DNA of 64,000 nt from an uncultured Gammaproteobacteria bacterium (GTDB lineage: Bacteria; Patescibacteriota; Microgenomatia; Levybacterales; UBA12049). Each line of letters starts with the position of its first letter. Within the stretch, counting starts at the first letter, position 1. This document shows positions 49,201-55,996 of the stretch, piece by piece. The DNA is taken from NCBI GenBank assembly GCA_964457465.1, contig CAYWEJ010000001.1, positions 17,991 to 81,990 of the forward strand. The letters run 5' to 3'. The position numbers and the translations under genes are program-made. The notes under the pieces were generated by a model. That model was not told the DNA's origin. It worked only from the letters and a program-made list of their open reading frames with translations, and searched no databases.

Positions 49201-49334
49201 CTCTTTTAATGGTAAAGAATGATCCTGTTCGTATAAAGGCATTTAAGTTCCAAAAGGACGGCTCTTTGGTTGAGATAAATCTACCAATACCTACTACTAC
49301 CACCGTAACAACGGTAAATTCTTATGCGAAATAA
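46257..49334 (+). CDS. fusion protein: N-terminal Wzy_C (O-antigen ligase / PglL-like) domain plus a second polytopic GT-C-like domain and a C-terminal soluble domain (1025 aa)
   Basis: The N-terminal half has 'TFAGHYDLAAYLIL', 'MTASRVSFAVYLVS' and 'LGSGYGSISLATDNSFLRMLGETGLLGF', which match the conserved loop motifs of the O-antigen ligase/polymerase family. The C-terminal half begins with the acidic loop 'FAGDDFTWLRW' and has about 10 more TM helices. Confidence 0.55.
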   Translation: MKIISYIKNNFLLLLTLFFLAFIPLYPKLPLLDIKHTWVYIRIEDVLVAFAWGVFFVSYFRRKATLKTPLTLPIAVFWAIGALATLSGVIFIFPRLEGVFPNLAFLSFLRRVEYLSLFFLAFSSIKNKNAINPIVTTLSLTLSAVFIYGIGQRMWGFPAFLTMNEEFAKGIPLRLSALARIPSTFAGHYDLAAYLILLIPIMGSMIFGYKKWYLKIIFFLLGVGGLILLLMTASRVSFAVYLVSVAFLLILQKQKKYIIPVFILSILLLKSFTGLSQRFSQTFTQVDLIVDSRTGKAIGIASEIGGDSITIEDKQSTGENLPAGSKYINFPSSQGQQLDSQIVYKKLKPGGEGEEIITKAGKVIVKKAFAYDVSFTTRFQGEWPRAIEAFKRNILLGSGYGSISLATDNSFLRMLGETGLLGFFSFVLIFIFIAIYLFRIVDDIDDKRIRALVYGVLAGSFGLALNAILIDVYEASKVAFVLWTVVGATLGLAKLYQKKDIKYFVEMKRIFTSTPALIVIIVVAGFLFFSRSLSNYFAGDDFTWLRWAADCHRLLSSTEQCSSIFSTISHYFSHSEGFFYRPGTRSYFLLAYPVFELFPLPFHVISLLLHLSATLFVFFILKKLLQHTLLGFVGAIFFLFLSIHAEAVYWISVTGHLIATNFIFMSFLFFMYWVETKKKFLFIFSSFAVMIATFFHEFGTIGSFLLIAYDLIYLTPSVKNLFRKWYYLLLILPVVMYYVLRTQASSVWFQGDYSYNFSMLPLNVLGNSIGYLITSILGPVFIPSYSAIRLYSGQHIGASVIVALALCIALAFIGYRNKEKISKTSWKSLFLGAALFIIPLSPFLGLGNLSPRYAYTGSIGVVFILAYLMKGLLMTKTKRRKVLVGGLVIISSLFILFHIKQLDKSNNEWRKAGEITNSALVGINYAYVVNSTLQPGSTFYFVDVPIKYADAWVFPQGLEDPLWFSFQNTAPQIKNASSEKEALLMVKNDPVRIKAFKFQKDGSLVEINLPIPTTTTVTTVNSYAK

Positions 49335-50757
49335 TAGTAAGTTCTTTTTGTTGATACTAATGCTTTTCTTTGGTCTTTTTGTAAGGCTTTATGAATTCCA
49401 TAAACCTATCGCTGACTGGCATAGTTGGAGGCAGGCAGATACAGCATCTGTATCAAGGAATTTTACTGAGAAAGGTGTTGATATGCTCCATCCTACTTTT
49501 GGTGATATATCAAACGTTCCATCAGGGAGAGATAATCCGAACGGTTATCGCTTTGTTGAGTTTCCTATCTATAACCTTTTTCAAGCCACTTTATTTAATG
49601 TTTTGGGACATTTCACACTTGAAGAGTGGGGAAGATTAGTTAGTATTTTTTCGTCACTATTTGCAGGATATTTCCTTTATCTTATCGTTAAGAAGTATTC
49701 TGGTGAGCGGATTGGATTATCAGTTTTGTTTTTTTATCTATTTGTTCCGTTTAATATCTATTATAGTCGGACAATCCTTCCCGACCCCTCAATGGTAATG
49801 GCTATCTTAGGAGGAATTTATTTTTTTGGTCTTTGGGTAGATTCTAAAACTAAAAGTATATTATTTTTTATTCTAGCAGCTGTGTTTACAGGTGCGGCAA
49901 TTTTAATAAAACCCTATGCACTTTTTTATATTTTTGTGTTTTTCTCAATAACAGCTTCTAAACAATTGGAAATACTAAAGAATAAAAAACTCCTTATTTT
50001 TGGAGCAACTGTAATTGCACCATTTCTGTTTTGGAGATTGTGGATGCTTCAGTACCCGGAAGGTATTCCTGCAAGTAATTGGCTTTTTAACGGGAACGGC
50101 ATTCGATTCAAGCCATCTTATTTTCGTTGGATTGTTTATGAAAGATTAGTGAAGCTTATTTGTGGTTTTGCCGGTGTAGTTTTTTTAATTAAAGGAATTT
50201 ATGAAGTCTTAAGAGAAAAGAAAATCCAATTATACTCATCATTTATTCTTAGTGCCTTTATGTATCTTATTGTTGTTGCAACTGGAAATGTACAGCACGA
50301 TTATTATCAAATTGTCATTATGCCTTCGATTGCAATATTGTTAGGATTGGGTTTCTCAGCGTTAACATCCTTAAGAGCTTTGCAGCGGTTGGCACTTGGA
50401 TGGTTACTTGCAGTTATTATTACAATATTCTCTTTCTTCTTTGCTTGGGAAGAGGTCAAAGAATATTATTACATAAATAACCCATCTATCGTTGAGGCTG
50501 GGCGTGCAGTCGATAGGCTAACTCCAAAAAACTCATTGATAATTGCTAGTTATAATGGCGATACCTCATTTTTATACCATACAAATAGAAGCGGATGGGC
50601 TAGTTTTCAAAATTCAATCCCAGAGCTGATCAAGAAGGGGGCAGACTATCTTGTTTTCGCAAATCCAAATGAATCAGAGTTAAATTTCGCTTCAGAATAT
50701 AAAATTGTAGAGCAGAAAAAAAACTACATAATATACGATCTTCATCAGAAACCATGA
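49324..50757 (+). CDS. polytopic membrane protein, ArnT/PMT-like (GT-C-like candidate)
   Basis: 477 aa. The first loop has 'ADWHSWRQADTASVSRNF', followed by about 11 TM helices and a short soluble C-terminus. Confidence 0.45.
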   Translation: MRNNSKFFLLILMLFFGLFVRLYEFHKPIADWHSWRQADTASVSRNFTEKGVDMLHPTFGDISNVPSGRDNPNGYRFVEFPIYNLFQATLFNVLGHFTLEEWGRLVSIFSSLFAGYFLYLIVKKYSGERIGLSVLFFYLFVPFNIYYSRTILPDPSMVMAILGGIYFFGLWVDSKTKSILFFILAAVFTGAAILIKPYALFYIFVFFSITASKQLEILKNKKLLIFGATVIAPFLFWRLWMLQYPEGIPASNWLFNGNGIRFKPSYFRWIVYERLVKLICGFAGVVFLIKGIYEVLREKKIQLYSSFILSAFMYLIVVATGNVQHDYYQIVIMPSIAILLGLGFSALTSLRALQRLALGWLLAVIITIFSFFFAWEEVKEYYYINNPSIVEAGRAVDRLTPKNSLIIASYNGDTSFLYHTNRSGWASFQNSIPELIKKGADYLVFANPNESELNFASEYKIVEQKKNYIIYDLHQKP

Positions 50758-51944
50758 AAATACTTGTTGTTTCTTCATATCTACCTTACCCTTTAATAAA
50801 TGGTGGGAATATTCGTCTCTATAATCTTCTGAAATTTCTTCAAAAAAATCACGAGATCACTCTTGTCTGTGAGAAAAGACCATCACAAAATATAAGCGAT
50901 ATAAAGGAAGTCGAAAAAGTTTGTTATAAGGTTTTTACAGTTGATCGTAAAAAGCAGTGGTCTGCAAGCAATATACTCAAGACAGGTTTCTCTTTTGATT
51001 CTTTTCTTATAACCGGACACAAACTTGATGAAATGTCTAGCATTATTCATGAGTTGTTAGCTCATGAAACATTTGATGCGATCCATGTTGAAACATTTTA
51101 TGTTTTTCAAAACATTCCGAACACATCTATCCCTGTCGTTCTTGTTGAGCATAATGTTGAATATCTTGTTTATGAAAGATTTAGGGAAAAAGCATTCTCA
51201 CTTATGAAACCTTTATTAAAGATAGATGTTCAAAAAATTAAATATGCCGAAATTGCAGCATGGAAAAGAGCAGATGTTGTAGTGGCAGTATCTGAAAACG
51301 AAAAAAAAATAATAGGAGAGAAGTGTAGTTTTGTTGTTCCAAACGGAGTTGATACAAAAACTTTTACTTTAAAAAAAATTCAGGAAGGCAAAGAAGATGA
51401 AAAAAAGAAAATTCTTTATATAGGAGACTATACATGGATTCAGAATCGAGACGCAGTAGCTTATATTATTAAGGAAATTTGGCCTCATATTAAAAAAGAA
51501 CTTGCTTGCACTCTTTGGATTGTTGGAAAAAATATGCCAGCAGGGTTTAAGGATTTGGCTAAGAACGATCATGATATTTTTTTTGATGATACTAATCCTG
51601 ATACTGCAGCAGAAATCTTTACAAAGGCTGATATACTTTTGGCACCTAAGCGTGTTGGAGGAGGTACAAGTTACAAAATTATTGAGTCACTTGCTGTTGG
51701 CACACCGGTAGTTACAAATTCATTTGGGCTTGAAGGGTTAGATATTGTAAAAAATGAAGAAATTATCGTTGAGGATAAGCCTGAAAATTTAGCGAAAGAG
51801 ACAGTCAGAGTGCTAAGGCAAAAAAAACAATATGTAGAGCTTTCAAGAAATGGCAGAAGAGCCATTGAGAAAAAGTATGACTGGCACGTAATTGCAAATC
51901 AGATGGATAAAGTCTATCAATCTGTAGTAAAAAAATCATTATGA
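50754..51944 (+). CDS. GT4 family glycosyltransferase
   Basis: 'MKILVVSSYLPYPLINGGNIR' and 'VGGGTSYKIIESLAVGTPVV'. Confidence 0.7.
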   Translation: MKILVVSSYLPYPLINGGNIRLYNLLKFLQKNHEITLVCEKRPSQNISDIKEVEKVCYKVFTVDRKKQWSASNILKTGFSFDSFLITGHKLDEMSSIIHELLAHETFDAIHVETFYVFQNIPNTSIPVVLVEHNVEYLVYERFREKAFSLMKPLLKIDVQKIKYAEIAAWKRADVVVAVSENEKKIIGEKCSFVVPNGVDTKTFTLKKIQEGKEDEKKKILYIGDYTWIQNRDAVAYIIKEIWPHIKKELACTLWIVGKNMPAGFKDLAKNDHDIFFDDTNPDTAAEIFTKADILLAPKRVGGGTSYKIIESLAVGTPVVTNSFGLEGLDIVKNEEIIVEDKPENLAKETVRVLRQKKQYVELSRNGRRAIEKKYDWHVIANQMDKVYQSVVKKSL

Positions 51945-53053
51945 GAATCGGAATTGATGCGAGATTTTGGAACGAAACAGGAGTTGGCAGGTATATTAAA
52001 AACTTGATTCTTGTTTTGGAAAAAATTGATAAGAACAATTCCTATGTTATTTTCACCTTGCCAAAGAACTTTGAAGGAATTAAGAGCGTAATTAATAGTC
52101 CACGTTTTGAAATAAAAAGTGCTGCTGTTCCATGGCATTCATTTAGAGAGCAGTACCAGTTCTCAAAGATTATTGATAAAGAAAAACTTGATCTTATGCA
52201 TTTTCCTTATTTTTCGGTCCCGCTATTTTATACAAGGCCATTTATCATTACCATTCACGATCTCATCCTGCATCATTTTTCAACAGGCGAGGCTACAACG
52301 TTGCCGATACCATTATATAGAGCTAAGTTATTAGCATATAAATATATCATTGCAAAGGTAGCAAAGAAATCTAGGAAGATTATAACTGTTTCACAAGCAA
52401 CAAAGGATGAAATAGTTGATCATTTGTCGATAAGTCCTGAAAAAATATCGGTAATTTATGAAGGAGTTGACGATGCTTTGATCACGCCCAACCAAGATAA
52501 AAAAAACTCTAAGAAGTTTTTACTTCATGTTGGCAATGTATACCCTCACAAGAATATAGATCGTCTCATTGATGCATTTATTCGCGCAGACTTACATGAT
52601 GTTGATTTATTATTTGTTGGAAAAAAAGATTACTTTATGAAGAAATTAGAGAAAAAAGTCAGCAGGATAGGAGTAAAGAACATACAGTTTTTAGGTTTTG
52701 TTGAAGATAAAGACCTTGCGTTACTTTACAGAAATGCTATTGCAACAATCGTGCCATCTCTCATGGAAGGCTTTGGTTTGCCTGTTCTTGAAGCTATGGC
52801 AAATAATTCTCTTGTAATTGCCTCGAATGTCCCTTCCTTAAAGGAGATCGCTAAGGATGGTGCGGTGTATATTGATCCTTTCAATATAGAGGAAATTTCT
52901 GATAAGATTCGAAGCATTGCTTATGCTGAAAAAAACTCTTTTACATCACTTAAAGAAAAAGGTCAAAAAATTGCAAAATCATACTCATGGGAAGATATGG
53001 GTAAACAAACACTAGAAATATATGAAAGTTGCCTTGGTATACGATCGGATTAA
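51941..53053 (+). CDS. GT4 family glycosyltransferase
   Basis: 'MRIGIDARFWNETGVGRY' and 'EGFGLPVLEAMANNSLVIAS'. Confidence 0.7.
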   Translation: MRIGIDARFWNETGVGRYIKNLILVLEKIDKNNSYVIFTLPKNFEGIKSVINSPRFEIKSAAVPWHSFREQYQFSKIIDKEKLDLMHFPYFSVPLFYTRPFIITIHDLILHHFSTGEATTLPIPLYRAKLLAYKYIIAKVAKKSRKIITVSQATKDEIVDHLSISPEKISVIYEGVDDALITPNQDKKNSKKFLLHVGNVYPHKNIDRLIDAFIRADLHDVDLLFVGKKDYFMKKLEKKVSRIGVKNIQFLGFVEDKDLALLYRNAIATIVPSLMEGFGLPVLEAMANNSLVIASNVPSLKEIAKDGAVYIDPFNIEEISDKIRSIAYAEKNSFTSLKEKGQKIAKSYSWEDMGKQTLEIYESCLGIRSD

Positions 53054-54119
53054 TAAATGGGGAGGAGCTGAGAGAGTGCTTCTTGCCTTGCATGAATTAT
53101 TTCCCGATGCTCCGCTTTTTACCTCGGTTCATAATAAGAAGAAAGCCAAGTGGATTAGAGATTTATCAATTACCCCATCTTTTCTTCAGGACTTTCCGTT
53201 CGCAAAAGATGCTCATGAACTTTATCCTCTTTTAATGCCTGCAGCATTTGAGCAGTTTAATCTTGATGATTTTGATGTCGTTATTTCAGTAACCAGCGAA
53301 TCTGCAAAAGGGATTATTACAAAACCTCACACAATTCACATTTGCTATTGTCTAACTCCTACTCGATATTTATGGAGTGGGTATGAAGAATATTTTAATA
53401 AAAAAGTTATTAGGTTTCTTTCGTATCCGGCTACATGGTATTTGAGAAAATGGGATAAAATTGCCTCAAAAAGACCTGATGTCTTTGTTGCAATTTCAGA
53501 AGAGGTCAATAGAAGAATAAAAACCTATTACCAGTTAGAATCAGAAATTATTCATCCTCCTGTAGATCTATTTTTACATAGACAGCAGAAAAAGACAGTG
53601 CAAAAAAAGAATTATTTTTTAGTAGTTTCTAGGCTCGTCTCTTATAAAAGAATTGATATTGCGATAGATTCATGCAATCAGCTAAAGATTCCTCTAAAGA
53701 TAGTTGGTGTAGGAAGTCAGTATCATGCCTTGAGAAAGAAGGCAGGTCCTACGATAGAGTTTTTAGGAGAAGTATCTGACGAGAAGTTAAGACTGCTATA
53801 TGAGGAGGCACAAGCACTTCTTTTCCCTGGCTTTGAAGATTTTGGGATAGTTATGGTTGAGGCGCTTGGTCATGGTACACCAGTAATCGCCTATAACAAA
53901 GGTGGGGCAAAAGATATTGTCACTCATAAAAAATCAGGTATTCTCTTCTCAGATCAAACAAGTAGATCATTGTCGCAAGCTATTGGAGAATTCAAAAAAT
54001 CGAATTTCAAAAGATCAGATTTATATAAAGATGCATTCCGATTTAAGAAAGAAATTTTTTTTAAAAAAATCTTAAAACTTGTCAACGACAGATTGCAAAA
54101 CTCATCAAAGAGATTATAA
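53022..54119 (+). CDS. GT4 family glycosyltransferase
   Basis: 'MKVALVYDRINKWGGAERV' and 'FEDFGIVMVEALGHGTPVIAY'. Overlaps the upstream gene by 32 nt in a different frame. Confidence 0.65.
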   Translation: MKVALVYDRINKWGGAERVLLALHELFPDAPLFTSVHNKKKAKWIRDLSITPSFLQDFPFAKDAHELYPLLMPAAFEQFNLDDFDVVISVTSESAKGIITKPHTIHICYCLTPTRYLWSGYEEYFNKKVIRFLSYPATWYLRKWDKIASKRPDVFVAISEEVNRRIKTYYQLESEIIHPPVDLFLHRQQKKTVQKKNYFLVVSRLVSYKRIDIAIDSCNQLKIPLKIVGVGSQYHALRKKAGPTIEFLGEVSDEKLRLLYEEAQALLFPGFEDFGIVMVEALGHGTPVIAYNKGGAKDIVTHKKSGILFSDQTSRSLSQAIGEFKKSNFKRSDLYKDAFRFKKEIFFKKILKLVNDRLQNSSKRL

Positions 54120-54132
54120 TAATAATGGATTT

Positions 54133-55215
54133 ATGAAAATTCTTATTTTTGCCGGTGGAGTTGGCTCAAGACTTTGGCCTTTGTCGAGAAAAAACACACC
54201 TAAGCAGTTTGGCCAAATAATTGGTGATAAATCCACTCTTCAACAGACGATTGATAGATTAAGTCCTGAATTTAGTCCAGAAGATATTTATATTGCAACA
54301 GGTATTCAATATAAAGATACTGTTACTGCTCAGCTTAACAAAATTCCGGAGGAAAATTTTATTTTTGAACCTACTATGAGGGATGTCGGTCCGGCAATCG
54401 GTCTCAATGCATTTTTACTTGCCAAATTGCATCCTGACGAACCTATTGCAATTCTTTGGAGTGATCATATGGTAAAAAATCACGTTATGTTTCGACATGT
54501 ACTGAGGCTGGCTGAGGAAAGTATTACGAAATATGATGCAAATTTTGTTTTTATAGGACAGGAGCCACGATTTGCAAATCAAAATTTAGGATGGATTCAG
54601 CTTGGAGAAAAGATTAAGGAGGAGAATGGTGCTGAAATTTACGAATTCAATAAGCTTCTTTATAGGCCGAAACTTGAACAAGCTGAAGATTATTTCTCCT
54701 CTGAAAATTATGTATGGAACTTAGGCTACTTCGTAACTACACCACGATTTTTAGTCTCGTTATTTCAAGAACATGCACCGGAAATGTACGAAAGATTACT
54801 AGAGATTCAGCAGGCATATCAGACACCCGAATTTGAGTCTGTTGTTCAAGATATATACCCTACCCTTGAAAAAATTAGCTTTGACGATGCGATTCTGGTC
54901 AAGATGTCATCAAGAAATGTGTTTGTTATTTCTACTGATCTTGGCTGGAGCGATATTGGAGCTTGGGATGCGCTTAAAGAGGCATTAGCAGAATCTTCTG
55001 AGGAAAATATCACAAAAGGTAAAGTGCTTTTGGAGGACACAAGAGATTCCCTTGTTTTTAATTATACTGACCAGCTATCAGTAGGTATAGATCTTGCAGA
55101 AATGTTAGTTATTAATACTGATGATGTATTATTGGTTTGTCCAAAAAGTTCAGTTCCGAAAATAAAGAAGTTAGTTGAGAATTTGAAAGGTACTTCTCAT
55201 GAACATTTAGCATAG
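54133..55215 (+). CDS. manC: mannose-1-phosphate guanylyltransferase-like sugar nucleotidyltransferase
   Basis: In-frame ATG. 'MKILIFAGGVGSRLWPLSRKNTPKQF' is a classic ManC/GMP N-terminus. About 360 aa. Confidence 0.7.
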   Translation: MKILIFAGGVGSRLWPLSRKNTPKQFGQIIGDKSTLQQTIDRLSPEFSPEDIYIATGIQYKDTVTAQLNKIPEENFIFEPTMRDVGPAIGLNAFLLAKLHPDEPIAILWSDHMVKNHVMFRHVLRLAEESITKYDANFVFIGQEPRFANQNLGWIQLGEKIKEENGAEIYEFNKLLYRPKLEQAEDYFSSENYVWNLGYFVTTPRFLVSLFQEHAPEMYERLLEIQQAYQTPEFESVVQDIYPTLEKISFDDAILVKMSSRNVFVISTDLGWSDIGAWDALKEALAESSEENITKGKVLLEDTRDSLVFNYTDQLSVGIDLAEMLVINTDDVLLVCPKSSVPKIKKLVENLKGTSHEHLA

Positions 55216-55217
55216 CT

Positions 55218-55883
55218 ATGCCATACGTAGAAATTAAAAAAAGTAAGTGGCATGAGTTTGCGAAGAGGTTTATTGATATAGCTGCAGCCCTCGTAATTCT
55301 GTTGTTATTTCTTCCGATTATCATAGCAGTTGCAGTTGCAATAAAAGTTGATTCTCAAGGCCCTGTATTAGCAGACACTCCAGAAAGAGTTGGCAAGAAT
55401 GGAAGACTTTTTAAAATGTTTAAATTTCGTTCAATGATACCTAATGCACACGAAATTTTACGAAAAGATCCTCAGTTTGCAGCCCTCTATGATCAATATA
55501 AGAAAGGTAGCTATAAACTAAAAAATGACCCACGAATTACCAGGGTAGGTCGATTTATCAGAAAGCACTCATTAGATGAAGTGCCTCAGTTTATTAATGT
55601 TCTCAGGGGGGATATGAGTATTGTTGGGCCAAGAGCTTATTATCCTGATGAGCTTCGTGAGCAACAAAAAAAGTATCCGGACACACAGGATGCAGTTAAG
55701 ATAGTGCTATCAGTAAGGCCAGGAATTACAGGATACTGGCAGGTTTCTGGGAGAAGTGAGATTAATTTTGACAAGAGAATTGAGATGGATGCCGACTATG
55801 TAAGAAAAAGATCAATACTTTACGATTTGATGATTATTTTTCTTACTCCTGGTGCGATGCTAACAGGAAAAGGTGCAAGGTAA
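55218..55883 (+). CDS. small (PglC/WbaP C-domain type) polyprenyl-phosphate hexose-1-phosphate transferase: the initiating phosphoglycosyltransferase
   Basis: Single N-terminal TM helix, then 'LFKMFKFRSM' and 'VRPGITGYWQVSGRSE' (bacterial sugar transferase signature). Confidence 0.8.
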   Translation: MPYVEIKKSKWHEFAKRFIDIAAALVILLLFLPIIIAVAVAIKVDSQGPVLADTPERVGKNGRLFKMFKFRSMIPNAHEILRKDPQFAALYDQYKKGSYKLKNDPRITRVGRFIRKHSLDEVPQFINVLRGDMSIVGPRAYYPDELREQQKKYPDTQDAVKIVLSVRPGITGYWQVSGRSEINFDKRIEMDADYVRKRSILYDLMIIFLTPGAMLTGKGAR

Positions 55884-55996
55884 CATTTTCTGTCAAGTTG
55901 ACAATAAATAGTATCCTCACGTATCATAAGTTAATGTCAGGGTTCGAAAAAATAGATTTGGATCTCAAAAATGATACAACAACACCAGGAGAGCCT

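Noticed and set aside
53022-53053. 32-nt overlap between two GT4 genes (51941-53053 and 53022-54119), considered as a frameshifted single gene or pseudogene.
   Set aside because: Each ORF encodes a complete GT4 with its own N-terminal 'MK(V/I)ALVYD'-type start and C-terminal E-x7-E region. The overlap is most simply a real out-of-frame gene overlap.
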